Positions 9,860 to 20,083 of a stretch of DNA of 64,000 nucleotides are shown here, piece after piece (position 1 is the first letter of the stretch; each line of letters begins with the position of its first letter). Both the position numbers and the translations under genes were made by a program. Under the pieces are notes generated by a model. It searched no databases. It had not been told where the DNA came from and worked only from the letters and a program-made list of their open reading frames with translations. This DNA comes from Gammaproteobacteria bacterium (GTDB lineage Bacteria; Pseudomonadota; Gammaproteobacteria; Tenderiales; Tenderiaceae), in assembly GCA_024277755.1 (NCBI GenBank), contig JAJRUN010000005.1:2298-66297 (forward strand), given 5' to 3'.

Positions 9860-10837
9860 TTAATCAGTCAGTTTTTTAAGCATTTGCAATAGCCGTAAAG
9901 CCAGAGGCTCAGGCAAATATGCATTCACCGGAACATACCACATTTTTTGATTGGCAAAACGCCGACATTTGACCGCATCTTTCTCGGTCATCAGAATTGG
10001 AAGGCTATCGGTAAACGCCAAGTCCTGCAGCTGATAATCATGGTGATCAGGAAATGAGTGCTCTATCACCTCAAGTCCACGACTGCGCAGTAATTGAAAA
10101 AAACGCTGAGGGTTACCAATGCCAGCCAATGCATGTACACGCTGCCCAGCCAAATCCTCAATAGATTGCAAAAAAACATCGTTTTCAAGCGACTTGAGCC
10201 CCGCCGGTTCAAGGCTCATGGCAAACTCACCACGCCTGGCCAAACCATTGGCAATAATAAAATCCACCTCATCCAGGCGTGACTGGGGTTCACGTAGCGG
10301 CCCGGCGGGTAAGCAATGACCGTTACCAAAACGCCGCTCGCCATCAACAACGACAATTTCAATATCACGTTTTAAACGATAATGTTGCAGACCATCATCA
10401 GTGATAATGAGGTCACAGTTGGAGTATTTTAACAATGCATTTGCTGCGGCAACCCTATCTGGTGCAGCAACAATGGGACAGGCACAACGCTGAGCCAACA
10501 TAACTGGCTCATCACCGACCATCAGCGGATCACTATCAGGGCGTACCTGCTGCGGCCATCGTTCAGCCTTGCCGCCATAACCGCGCAAAACAATGCCCGG
10601 CTGATAACCAGCCTTCTGCAACAGACCTACCAACCAAACCACCAAGGGCGTTTTCCCTGTTCCACCAACACTGATATTGCCGACAACAATCACCGGCACA
10701 TCAACAGCATAACTCGGCATCATGCCCCACCTAAAAGCAAGCCGTCTTAACATCACCAACAAGCGAAACAAGCCTTCAAGTGGCAATAGAAGAATCGAGG
10801 TTTTTGAGGAATACCAGCGCTTTTCAAGCCAGTTCAT
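9860..10837 (-). CDS. lpxK: Tetraacyldisaccharide 4'-kinase
   Basis: 325 aa. P-loop [13 protein letters not shown] and DDGLQH motif. Sits in the lpxK-ycaR-kdsB order. Confidence 0.9.
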   Translation of the reverse strand: MNWLEKRWYSSKTSILLLPLEGLFRLLVMLRRLAFRWGMMPSYAVDVPVIVVGNISVGGTGKTPLVVWLVGLLQKAGYQPGIVLRGYGGKAERWPQQVRPDSDPLMVGDEPVMLAQRCACPIVAAPDRVAAANALLKYSNCDLIITDDGLQHYRLKRDIEIVVVDGERRFGNGHCLPAGPLREPQSRLDEVDFIIANGLARRGEFAMSLEPAGLKSLENDVFLQSIEDLAGQRVHALAGIGNPQRFFQLLRSRGLEVIEHSFPDHHDYQLQDLAFTDSLPILMTEKDAVKCRRFANQKMWYVPVNAYLPEPLALRLLQMLKKLTD

Positions 10838-10873
10838 AGACGTATTTATCGTTCTAGGGCTAACAACAAAGAT

Positions 10874-11293
10874 TTACTGTTGATTTTGATTACGAGTGGC
10901 GATCGACATCCGCACCAAACCGATCTGTCTGGCCGCATCCATCGCCGTAACAACCGATTGATGCGGTGACTTGGCATCAGCGCTGATAATAACAGGCGGG
11001 TTTTCTCTATCCCCTTTAGCCTTGCGCAAGGCACGCTTCAGAGTATCCAGCTGGGTATTAATCACCAGCTTTTGGTCAATATAAAAACGCCCATCTCTAT
11101 CAATAACCACTTCAAGGGGGTTACCAACCTGCTCGACGGGCTTATTCGATGCCTGTGGTAAATCAATCTCGATCTCGGACTCTTCCCTAAAAGTGGTTGT
11201 CACCATGAAAAAGATCAGCAGCAAGAACACCACATCGATCAAGGGCGTGAGATTAAGCGACATTTCCTCACGACGAAACTTACGCAGATTCAT
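10874..11293 (-). CDS. exbD: ExbD/TolR family biopolymer transport protein
   Basis: 139 aa. LNLTPLIDVVFLLLIFFMVTT is the typical ExbD/TolR TM with conserved Asp. The start abuts the exbB stop (TAG-ATG). Confidence 0.85.
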   Translation of the reverse strand: MNLRKFRREEMSLNLTPLIDVVFLLLIFFMVTTTFREESEIEIDLPQASNKPVEQVGNPLEVVIDRDGRFYIDQKLVINTQLDTLKRALRKAKGDRENPPVIISADAKSPHQSVVTAMDAARQIGLVRMSIATRNQNQQ

Positions 11294-11923
11294 CTATTCA
11301 CCATCCGTCAGATCACGTTCACGCAAGCCCAACAAGACTTCGACCAGCTTCAAAGATTCCTGCTCCATGGAAATCACCAATTCATCCACCTTGCGCTGGA
11401 AATAGCGATAACATATCAATGCCGGAATCGCCACCGTCAGGCCAGCGGCTGTTGTTATAAGCGCTTCTGAAATCCCCCCCGCAAGATGAGAGGCATTACC
11501 AACGCCTCCTGCAGTAATTGCGGTAAAAACCTTGATCATACCAACAACTGTGCCCAACAAACCTAGCAAAGGCGTCACCTGAGCAATTGTCCCCAAGGTA
11601 TTCAGAAAACGTTCCATCTCTACCACCACTTGGCGACCGGTTTCTTCAATCGCCTCTTTCATGATGGAGCGATCATGGTTACGGTTGAGTAACCCAGCGG
11701 CAAGAATCCGCCCTAAAGGCGAACCGTTTTGCAAAGCCTTTATTTTCGATGTGTCAAGCTCATCATTCTTAATCCAGGTCCAAATTTGGGCTAACAAGTG
11801 TTTGGGGCAAATTTTGTTTTTTTGCAAGGCCCAGACTCGCTCGGCAATAATCGCCAGGGCTACCACGGAACAAAGTACGATTGGCAACATCAGCCATCCG
11901 CCGGACTTAACAATTTCAAGCAC
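11294..11923 (-). CDS. exbB: MotA/TolQ/ExbB proton channel family protein
   Basis: 209 aa with three TM segments. The conserved C-terminal half includes PLLGLLGTVVGMI and ALITTAAGLTVAIPA. Confidence 0.85.
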   Translation of the reverse strand: MLEIVKSGGWLMLPIVLCSVVALAIIAERVWALQKNKICPKHLLAQIWTWIKNDELDTSKIKALQNGSPLGRILAAGLLNRNHDRSIMKEAIEETGRQVVVEMERFLNTLGTIAQVTPLLGLLGTVVGMIKVFTAITAGGVGNASHLAGGISEALITTAAGLTVAIPALICYRYFQRKVDELVISMEQESLKLVEVLLGLRERDLTDGE

Positions 11924-12037
11924 TAGGGCTTACTCCTTACAAACTTTTTAAAATAGTTAATCGTAACTACTCAGCGAGTAGTCAAAGTTAACAGTCACCG
12001 CACAGATTGCCTCTGAATAGTGACAGCTTAATCATAC

Positions 12038-14365
12038 TTATTTTTCGGTCAGTACCAAGACTTGTTTAGGGAAATGTGTCCAATATCTTGAATTTTCATA
12101 ACGATAACGCCTCGGTGTCGATACACCAGCATTGCCAAGCACCATTTCAATTGCACCCTGCTGACCGGTCGACAACACATTAGCACCATTATCAAGATAC
12201 CTTTTAACAACTTCTGCCCGTGGCAAACGAAAACGATTGGCATGCCCCACCGGAAACAAGGCCCAGCGAGGAGAAACAGCCTGGATAAAATCAACACCCG
12301 ATGAAGACATACTGCCATGATGAGGCACCACCAGCACATCAACCGCCAAGTCTGCCTTATTGTTCGCCAATAACATCCGCTCTGCACGACGTTCTATATC
12401 ACCAGTCAGCAACACCGAGCCACCCCTGCTACTGACCTTGAGCACACATGAACCATTGTTTTCATCTGCACGAGTGTTACTGTCTGGATGAAGCATTTCA
12501 AATACCACACCATCCCATTGCCAGCCCTGGCCTTGCTGACAAGGCTGGGCATTATAGGCCACCAGTTTTTCCATAGCGCTAGTCAACAGGTTCTTAACCG
12601 GCATGTTTTTCATTAGACTATCGACACCGCCAATATGATCGTTATCACCATGACTAACAATCAGCGTATCTATTTCGCTGACGCCGTTATTTAGCAAAAA
12701 CGGTAGTACCACCGCCTCACCGGTATTGAAACTGTCACTAAATTTTGGTCCACTATCAAATACCAATACCCTATTGCGGGTTCGAACCACCGCCGCCAAA
12801 CCTTGGCCCACGTCCAATAGACTAAAATACGCCTCACCATACTCAGGCCTGGGTGCAGGCAGTAAAAAGGCAATCCCTATCCACACAGCCCCCAACCAGC
12901 GCCCTGGCCAGCCACGTGGTGCCAACAACCAGATAACGCCAACACAAAGGGGGATAATCAGCCATTCATCCGCTAACCCCAGATTAATTTGAGCACTGGG
13001 TAATGCCGCCAACCAGCTCAGTAACGGCCATAGCAGCTGCAAAAAAAAGTCGGCCAATTGCAACAAAATATTCGCTAGCACCGATGCGACGGGTAACAAC
13101 AAAACAGCCAACAATACTAAGGGCACCACTAATAAACTGACGATTGGTACCGCAACAAAATTAGCCACGGGCGAGATTATTGAAGCCTTTTGAAACAACA
13201 ACAAGGTCAGCGGCATCAAGGCTAGCGCAATCAATGCATGTACCCTACCCCATTTCCACCATAGCCCCCGCTGTTTTAACCTTCCCCCCATACCCAACAG
13301 AATCATAGCAACAGCCGCAAACGACAACCAAAAACCAGCATCCATCACCGCCAAAGGATCAATAAACAACACCAGCATCATGGCCAGCAACAAGCCATCA
13401 GCAGGGCGATGATAACGCTGTGAAATGAGCGCTAACATAAACACCACTACCATAATCAAGGCGCGTTGCGTAGGGACGGAAAACCCCGCCAAGGCTGCAT
13501 AAATCAAGGCAACCGAGATTGCCGCAACAGCCCCCGCCTTAGCTGCCGGCAGGTGTAACAGCAACCAACCCGAACGCCCCCACAACCAACGCATAACAAA
13601 AAAGGCCAAACCAGCCACCAGACCAACATGCAAACCAGAAATCGCCATCAAATGATTGGTGCCAGTCTTCAGCAAAACATTCCATTGTTGCTGTGATATG
13701 TCATCACGCAGGCCAATAGTAAGCGCCTGAATCATGCCCTTAAACTGGCCCCGAACAAGTGTTGACTCAATCTGCCGGGCGATAGACGAACGTTGCCGGT
13801 CAAGCCAATAAATTATGCCATCTACATCCGCAAGATAACGATTGTCATCACTTTTACGCACATAACCTGTCGCCCTGATTCCATGCCTAAACAACCAGGC
13901 TTCGTAATCAAAACCACCGGGATTCATAAAACCATGTGGTTGTTTTAGTCTGACCCTGAGTTGCCAACGCTGCCCTACATCCACTTCGGTCTTGGAGCGA
14001 TACCAGTTAAGCCGAACTTTGCCGGGCAAATCAGAAATAAGAACCCCAGGGCTAAGGGATGCTTCGATATTAAATTCAAATCGCTGCCCATACTGCCGTT
14101 GCTGAGGAATAGAGCTAACAACCCCTTCGACCAGAATATCCTGCCCACTAAGTTCTGGCGCCAGAAATGAGCCAAAAATATTATTTGCCTGCAGTAGTGC
14201 AACTAAAAAACCATTGACCAGCCAAAGTGGAACTTTGAGTGGTACAAAACAGATGGATAATGGTAGGCTTATGAACAACAGACCTGCCCAGCGACCATCC
14301 GGAAAATTGGACAATTGTTGAAAAAAAACAATCCCGGCAAGAAATGCAATCGTTGCGATTCGCAT
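12038..14365 (-). CDS. comEC: DNA internalization-related competence protein ComEC/Rec2
   Basis: 775 aa. Polytopic competence domain plus a C-terminal metallo-beta-lactamase domain (LDVGQG..., VSHGDNDHIGG, VVPHHGS). Confidence 0.9.
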   Translation of the reverse strand: MRIATIAFLAGIVFFQQLSNFPDGRWAGLLFISLPLSICFVPLKVPLWLVNGFLVALLQANNIFGSFLAPELSGQDILVEGVVSSIPQQRQYGQRFEFNIEASLSPGVLISDLPGKVRLNWYRSKTEVDVGQRWQLRVRLKQPHGFMNPGGFDYEAWLFRHGIRATGYVRKSDDNRYLADVDGIIYWLDRQRSSIARQIESTLVRGQFKGMIQALTIGLRDDISQQQWNVLLKTGTNHLMAISGLHVGLVAGLAFFVMRWLWGRSGWLLLHLPAAKAGAVAAISVALIYAALAGFSVPTQRALIMVVVFMLALISQRYHRPADGLLLAMMLVLFIDPLAVMDAGFWLSFAAVAMILLGMGGRLKQRGLWWKWGRVHALIALALMPLTLLLFQKASIISPVANFVAVPIVSLLVVPLVLLAVLLLPVASVLANILLQLADFFLQLLWPLLSWLAALPSAQINLGLADEWLIIPLCVGVIWLLAPRGWPGRWLGAVWIGIAFLLPAPRPEYGEAYFSLLDVGQGLAAVVRTRNRVLVFDSGPKFSDSFNTGEAVVLPFLLNNGVSEIDTLIVSHGDNDHIGGVDSLMKNMPVKNLLTSAMEKLVAYNAQPCQQGQGWQWDGVVFEMLHPDSNTRADENNGSCVLKVSSRGGSVLLTGDIERRAERMLLANNKADLAVDVLVVPHHGSMSSSGVDFIQAVSPRWALFPVGHANRFRLPRAEVVKRYLDNGANVLSTGQQGAIEMVLGNAGVSTPRRYRYENSRYWTHFPKQVLVLTEK

Positions 14366-14446
14366 CTTTATTTTATTCGTTTAGATAAGGTAACAGTGAA
14401 TTAACACCATCCTTCCAAGCACATGGCTATAAAATAAAACATAATA

Positions 14447-14971
14447 ATGCCAAGAAAGCTAATAAAACGTTTCTTACCTGACCACCAAACAATCAGGAAC
14501 CACAAACGCCTAAAGTGTTTTGGCAGCTTGCTGCACGACCCCAACATCTGGCATTTGAATCGACATTCTGTCTCCGGTGCCTTCTTCCTTGGCCTGCTTT
14601 GCGCCTGGATTCCGATACCATTTCAAATGCTTGTTGCCGCCGCCATTGCCATCATAGTGCGCGTCAATCTACCTGTTTCAATTGGGCTGGTATGGGTGAC
14701 CAACCCCATCACCATGCCACCCATGTTTTATTTTGCTTACAAGACCGGTGCCTGGGTACTCGGCTCGCCAGCCCATGAGTTTAATTTTGAATTATCTTTC
14801 GAGTGGTTAAAACTTGAACTTGGCTATATATGGGAACCCTTTCTGCTGGGCTGTTTGGTGCTGGGGCTATTATCAGCCATTATCGGCTATCTATTTGTTC
14901 GTATTTTATGGCGCTTTCATATTTTTCAATATTTAAAAAGACGCCGTCTAAGGAAACATCAGGCGTCATAG
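14447..14971 (+). CDS. DUF2062 domain-containing membrane protein
   Basis: 174 aa. The N-terminal [43 protein letters not shown]...[19 protein letters not shown] pattern matches the DUF2062 family as I recall it. Confidence 0.65.
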   Translation: MPRKLIKRFLPDHQTIRNHKRLKCFGSLLHDPNIWHLNRHSVSGAFFLGLLCAWIPIPFQMLVAAAIAIIVRVNLPVSIGLVWVTNPITMPPMFYFAYKTGAWVLGSPAHEFNFELSFEWLKLELGYIWEPFLLGCLVLGLLSAIIGYLFVRILWRFHIFQYLKRRRLRKHQAS

Positions 14972-15648
14972 TCCGAAATCAGCAGACCATTTTCCAGTTT
15001 CAAAACCCTATCCATCTTATTTGCCAATGACAGATCATGGGTAACAACCAAAAAACTGGTATCAAATTCCTGGTTAAGTTCTAACATCAAACCATAGACG
15101 TAACCGGCAGTCGTTTGATCCAGGTTACCTGTTGGCTCATCCGCCAATACACAACACGGCTGAGTCACCAAGGCACGGGCAATCGCTGCCCGCTGGCGTT
15201 CACCACCAGACATCTCCCCTGGTTTATGACCAATACGATGCCCCAGCCCCACTTTCACCAACGTCGCCTCAGCCTGCTGACTGGCAGAGTCAACCGGTTC
15301 ACCCCTGATCAACAATGGCATTGCGACATTTTCCAGGGCCGTAAACTCAGATAAGAGATGATGAAACTGATAGACAAAACCCAAGGTTTTGTTACGCACA
15401 TCACCGCGTTGTTTTTCATTCAAAGCAGAAAAATTTTCACCATTGATATAGACCTCACCCTGACTTGGTACATCCAGCCCGCCAAGCAAATGCAATAAAG
15501 TGCTTTTGCCTGAACCGGAGGTACCGACAATAGCCAGGCGTTCACCTTTGGCCACCTCAAGGTCAATTGATGCCAGTACATCAACAGACAGGCCGCCCTC
15601 AACGAAACGCTTCGATAAGCCACGACAGGAAATAATCACATCACTCAT
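14959..15648 (-). CDS. lolD: Lipoprotein-releasing ABC transporter ATP-binding protein LolD
   Basis: The likely start is ATG 15648 ([15 protein letters not shown]), overlapping the lolC/E stop (ATGAGTGA). Walker A is GTSGSGKST, the signature is LSGGERQR and Walker B is [11 protein letters not shown]. Confidence 0.9.
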   Translation of the reverse strand: MSDVIISCRGLSKRFVEGGLSVDVLASIDLEVAKGERLAIVGTSGSGKSTLLHLLGGLDVPSQGEVYINGENFSALNEKQRGDVRNKTLGFVYQFHHLLSEFTALENVAMPLLIRGEPVDSASQQAEATLVKVGLGHRIGHKPGEMSGGERQRAAIARALVTQPCCVLADEPTGNLDQTTAGYVYGLMLELNQEFDTSFLVVTHDLSLANKMDRVLKLENGLLISDYDA

Positions 15649-16888
15649 AACGCAGTGCCTCTGCTGGCTGGGTACGAGAGGCCTGCCACGCAGGATAAAG
15701 TGTCGCCAACAAGCTAATCGAAAATGCAATCACACTGATGCCAACAATATCTGACAAGATCATTTCAGAAGGCAGTTCACTGATGTAATAAACATCCGGT
15801 GATAAAAACTTACGCCCCAGCAGCCGCTCAATCGCCGGGACAATTTTATCGATATTTGAAGCAAGGCTGACCCCGCCCACTAACCCCAACAAGGTTCCAA
15901 ACGCACCAATCACCACCCCCTGAACAATGAAAATACGCATAATATGCCCGGGACTTGCACCTAACGTCCTCAGGATAGCAATATCAGCCTTTTTATCGGT
16001 TACCACCATCACCAGGGTTGAAACAATATTAAAGGCAGCCACCATCACGATCAGGGTCAGAATAATAAACATCACCATCTTCTCCATCTTCACTGCACGG
16101 AAAAAATTGACATGCTGGCGAGTCCAGTCGGTAACCACGTAACCACGCGGCAAATCCTGAACCATCAACTGCGTCAAGTATGGCGCATCAAACATATCTG
16201 TCAGCTTCAAACGCAAACCAGACACCTGACCAGGTTTAAGAAACAGTTTGGCAGCATCATCAATATGCACCAGGGCCAAAGCACTATCGTATTCGTGCAT
16301 GCCAGCCTCGAAAACACCGACAATAGTAAAGCGCTTCAGCCGCGGCATAATTCCTACCGGTGTAACACTCACCTGCGGTGTCACCAGCGTGACCTTTTCA
16401 CCAATCCTTACACCCAGTCGTCGAGCCAGCTCATAACCAAGAATGATATTAAAGCCCCCCGACTTGAGATCAGCGAGTTCACCAATCGTCATTTGCTGGT
16501 CAAGTGTCGATACCTGTGGTTCAAGCTCAGGTGAAACACCACGGATCATGACGCCACTGACCCCTGCACCCGCCGTCAACATCCCCTCGGCACGAATAAA
16601 GGGAGCCTGACCAATAATCTGCGGATAAGACTCAAGCAAGGGTGGCAACGTCTGCCAATTGTCCATGCCATTGGCAGCGCCACTGACCACCATGTGTGAA
16701 GCCACCCCGAGGATACGGGTGCGCAATTCTTTCTCGAAACCATTCATCACCGACAACACCGTAATCAGGGCCGTGACACCCAAGGCGATTCCGGCGATCG
16801 AGATAAATGAAATAAACGAGATAAAATGATTGCGGCGTTTGGCGCGGGTATATCTCAGGCCAATAAAAATTTCTAAGGGTTTAAACAT
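15641..16888 (-). CDS. Lipoprotein-releasing system permease, LolC/LolE family (single copy here)
   Basis: The likely start is ATG 16888 ([27 protein letters not shown]). It has a MacB-like periplasmic domain and a C-terminal FtsX domain. Translationally coupled to lolD. Confidence 0.88.
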   Translation of the reverse strand: MFKPLEIFIGLRYTRAKRRNHFISFISFISIAGIALGVTALITVLSVMNGFEKELRTRILGVASHMVVSGAANGMDNWQTLPPLLESYPQIIGQAPFIRAEGMLTAGAGVSGVMIRGVSPELEPQVSTLDQQMTIGELADLKSGGFNIILGYELARRLGVRIGEKVTLVTPQVSVTPVGIMPRLKRFTIVGVFEAGMHEYDSALALVHIDDAAKLFLKPGQVSGLRLKLTDMFDAPYLTQLMVQDLPRGYVVTDWTRQHVNFFRAVKMEKMVMFIILTLIVMVAAFNIVSTLVMVVTDKKADIAILRTLGASPGHIMRIFIVQGVVIGAFGTLLGLVGGVSLASNIDKIVPAIERLLGRKFLSPDVYYISELPSEMILSDIVGISVIAFSISLLATLYPAWQASRTQPAEALRYE

Positions 16889-16901
16889 TGTTATAGAATC
16901 G

Positions 16902-17561
16902 TTACTTAGCTGCGGGACATTGTGACCGTAAACAGCATTCGCTACAACGGGGGTTTTTGCGACAGACATCCTTGGCATGCAAAACAATCAATGCATGATA
17001 CTCGTTAAAAATATTCACCAACTCATTATGCTGTTTTATTTCACTGCTTATCTGCGATTCAAATTGGTGGCGCAAATGCTCATAACCCTCGTCAGCCGCG
17101 ATCAAACCCAAGCGTGAAAAAACACGTCGAGTATAGGCATCGATAATAAATACAGGACGATTAAAGGCATACAAAACCATATCATCAGCCGTCTCGGGGC
17201 CAACGCCGTTAACGGACAGCAAGCCACTGCGTAAGACATCATCATCGACATTGTTTAGTAATTTTTCACCACCTTGCGCCAAAAACCAGCTGCAAAAATT
17301 TCGCAGCCGCCTAGCTTTAACATTGAAACAACCTGCTGGCCGAATCAATGCACCAAGATCAGCCGCTGGCATTGCCAGTATTTTTGCTGCCGAAACAACT
17401 CCGGCCTGTTTTAGATTGGCAATTGCCTTTTCAACATTGCTCCAGGCGGTGTTTTGCGTCAGCACCGCGCCAATCATCACTTCAAATGCTGTTTCAGCGG
17501 GCCACCAGTGCTGTGGGCCATAATGTTTGAAAAGGGTTTTATAAACAGACAAAAATGTCAT
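16902..17561 (-). CDS. Endonuclease III-like HhH-GPD DNA glycosylase domain protein
   Basis: 219 aa. It has the HhH motif LLSVNGVGPETADDM and a C-terminal Cys cluster, CRKNPRCSECCLRSQC ([4Fe-4S]-type). The start overlaps the rluB stop by 4 nt. Confidence 0.75.
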   Translation of the reverse strand: MTFLSVYKTLFKHYGPQHWWPAETAFEVMIGAVLTQNTAWSNVEKAIANLKQAGVVSAAKILAMPAADLGALIRPAGCFNVKARRLRNFCSWFLAQGGEKLLNNVDDDVLRSGLLSVNGVGPETADDMVLYAFNRPVFIIDAYTRRVFSRLGLIAADEGYEHLRHQFESQISSEIKQHNELVNIFNEYHALIVLHAKDVCRKNPRCSECCLRSQCPAAK

Positions 17562-18400
17562 TTACGTTTTTTATAGGGCGACCTATTCGACTGTGGCTTT
17601 TTAGAAGGCCCGCCAAATTTAATCTGTTTGGCACGCTTCTTTTGTTCCGCTGAATCATCTACCGGAGGCAAGTCCACGGCTTTGCGCAGGGCGTTGATAT
17701 CGGTACGCATCAACTCATCCCATTCACCCGCCCGAATGCCGCGCTTCAGGGTAATTGGCCCATAACGAATCCGCTGCAAGCGGCTGACCCGAACCTCCTG
17801 GGATTCCCACAGACGCCGCACCTCACGATTACGTCCTTCATTCAGAGTAACGTGATACCAATGATTGGCACCCTGACCACCGGCGTCGCTAATACTGTTG
17901 AAGCTGGCCATGCCATCTTCAAGCTCAACACCTTTACGCAACCGTTTTTTCATCGACTCGGTGACTTCACCCAGCACCCGCACCGCATATTCGCGCTCAA
18001 CCTCAGAGGAAGGGTGCATCAATCGATTAGCCAAGTCACCATCAGTTGTCAGCAGGATCAAACCACTGGTATTGATATCCAATCGCCCCACTGCAATCCA
18101 GCGACCACTCTGCATACGCGGCAGCTTATCGAAAATAGTCGGTCGTCCTTCTGGATCAGAACGGCTACATATTTGCCCTTCCGGTTTGTAATAGGCCAAC
18201 ACACGGTGTTTGCTTTCAGGGCGATAATGCAGTTTTATCACTTTTCCATCAAGACGAATGATGTCTGTTAACTCAGCCTTATCACCCAGTTTAACGATAT
18301 TGCCATTAACGCTGACACGTTTGGCCTCAATCATGCGTTCCGCTTCACGCCTGGAAGCCAGGCCCGCAGAGGCAAGCAGTTTTTGAATACGTTCAGCCAA
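17558..18400 (-). CDS. rluB: 23S rRNA pseudouridine(2605) synthase RluB
   Basis: 280 aa with an apparent TTG start. It has an S4 domain (LQKLLASAGLASRREAERMI), the catalytic motif GRLDINTSGL and a basic C-terminal tail. Confidence 0.88.
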   Translation of the reverse strand: MAERIQKLLASAGLASRREAERMIEAKRVSVNGNIVKLGDKAELTDIIRLDGKVIKLHYRPESKHRVLAYYKPEGQICSRSDPEGRPTIFDKLPRMQSGRWIAVGRLDINTSGLILLTTDGDLANRLMHPSSEVEREYAVRVLGEVTESMKKRLRKGVELEDGMASFNSISDAGGQGANHWYHVTLNEGRNREVRRLWESQEVRVSRLQRIRYGPITLKRGIRAGEWDELMRTDINALRKAVDLPPVDDSAEQKKRAKQIKFGGPSKKPQSNRSPYKKRK

Positions 18401-18402
18401 AA

Positions 18403-19227
18403 TTAAAACGCCTGTTCAGTTTTAGGGGCAGCAGTCTCTGCTTTGATTGATGCGTCATCCGAAGAGGCATCAGCTTCTACATTTAGTTCATCTTCGTTTG
18501 AAGAGACAGCCTCTTCGGCCGCTGACAATTCTGCTACATCAGCATCTTGTACAGGTTCAACATAGTTGTCATCTTCAGTCACAATGACAACCGGCTGTAC
18601 GTCGCCTTGCTCAGTCTCTAATGATGCCGTTGACTGCTCATCATTTTGCACATCAGTGTCTTTATCACCAAAATCCAGTTCACGCTCAATGCTTTCAATA
18701 TTGCGTAATTCTGCCAGAGGTGGCAGCTCACTCAAACTCTTTAAACCAAAGTAATCCAGGAATGCCTTAGTGGTGCCATACAGCGCTGGTCTACCAGGCA
18801 CATCACGATGGCCAATGACACGTATCCATTCACGTTCAAGCATAGATTTAACAATGTGCGAACTGACGCTAACACCACGCACGTCTTCAATTTCACTGCG
18901 AGTTATGGGTTGGCGATAGGCAATCAATGACAATGTCTCCAGCGTTGCACGCGAATACTTTGTCGCCTTATCTTCCCACAGACGTGCAATCCATTCGGCC
19001 AGATCAGCCTTAACCTGATAGCGAAACCCGGTGCTGACTTCTTTCAGTTCAACGCCACGATTGGCACAATCGTCTTGCAACCCCTTAATCGCTTCACGAA
19101 TTTCATCACGGCTAGGCTGATCTTCATCAAGAAATAAAGACAAAATACTGTCAACACTGAGGGGCCGCCCGGCGGCCAGCAATGCACCTTCAATGATCTG
19201 TTTTAACCTGTCAGGATTCGTGGACAT
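18403..19227 (-). CDS. scpB: Segregation and condensation protein B
   Basis: 274 aa. ScpB winged-helix repeats (IIEGALLAAGRPLS..., LETLSLIAYRQPITRSEIEDVRGV) and an acidic C-terminal tail. It follows scpA with an overlap. Confidence 0.88.
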   Translation of the reverse strand: MSTNPDRLKQIIEGALLAAGRPLSVDSILSLFLDEDQPSRDEIREAIKGLQDDCANRGVELKEVSTGFRYQVKADLAEWIARLWEDKATKYSRATLETLSLIAYRQPITRSEIEDVRGVSVSSHIVKSMLEREWIRVIGHRDVPGRPALYGTTKAFLDYFGLKSLSELPPLAELRNIESIERELDFGDKDTDVQNDEQSTASLETEQGDVQPVVIVTEDDNYVEPVQDADVAELSAAEEAVSSNEDELNVEADASSDDASIKAETAAPKTEQAF

Positions 19228-20080
19228 TCTGCTGTGCCTTTACATAAATGGGGCCAAAAGGTTCAGTTTGTATCATTTCGATCAGGGTTTCTTTGATCAA
19301 TTCGAGCACAGCCAACAGAGTGACAACCACACCCATGCGTCCTTCCTCTGCCGTGAATAAACTTGTAAATTCAGTGAAGGTTTCAGCATTAAGTTTTTCA
19401 AGCACCCCTGTCATTCGCTCGCGGACAGACAATGCCTCACGATGAATCTGGTGCGTGGCAAACATATCAGCACGCCGCAAGATATCCTGAAATGCCAGCA
19501 ATACCTCTTTCAGCTCAACATCCGGCACAGGATTCACAACCCGTAGATCAGGTACCTTAGCACTGGTTACAAACACATCACGCCCCAGGCGTGGCAGCTC
19601 ATCTATGTCTTCAGCGGCATTTTTATAGCGTTCATATTCCTGTAACCTGCGCACCAGTTCAGCACGAGGATCGTCTTCATCATCAGTCAATGACTCAGGC
19701 CGGGGCAATAACATCCGTGATTTTATCTCACACAACATCGCCGCCATCACAAGATAGTCAGCCGCCAGTTCAAAGCGCATCTCACCCATCATCTCAATGT
19801 ATTCAATATACTGGCGGGTGATTTCAGCAATCGGAATATCGAGAACGTCCAGGTTCTGACGTCGAATCATATACAGCAACAGATCAAGTGGGCCTTCGAA
19901 GGCCTCAAGAAAGACTTCCAGTGCATCAGGTGGAATATAAAGATCCTGCGGCAACTGGGTCATGGCCTCGCCTTGAACCACCGCAAAAGGAATCTCCTGC
20001 TGCTGGATCTGCTCAGCACCACCACCTTGCAGCAAATCTGTCTGTTCAGCTATTTCAACCTGTTCGACAACCTCAGTCAT
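19211..20080 (-). CDS. scpA: Segregation and condensation protein A
   Basis: 289 aa. It carries the kleisin motifs FEGPLDLLLYMIRRQNLDVLDIPIAEIT and VVVTLLAVLELIK. Confidence 0.88.
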   Translation of the reverse strand: MTEVVEQVEIAEQTDLLQGGGAEQIQQQEIPFAVVQGEAMTQLPQDLYIPPDALEVFLEAFEGPLDLLLYMIRRQNLDVLDIPIAEITRQYIEYIEMMGEMRFELAADYLVMAAMLCEIKSRMLLPRPESLTDDEDDPRAELVRRLQEYERYKNAAEDIDELPRLGRDVFVTSAKVPDLRVVNPVPDVELKEVLLAFQDILRRADMFATHQIHREALSVRERMTGVLEKLNAETFTEFTSLFTAEEGRMGVVVTLLAVLELIKETLIEMIQTEPFGPIYVKAQQNVHES

Positions 20081-20083
20081 CGC

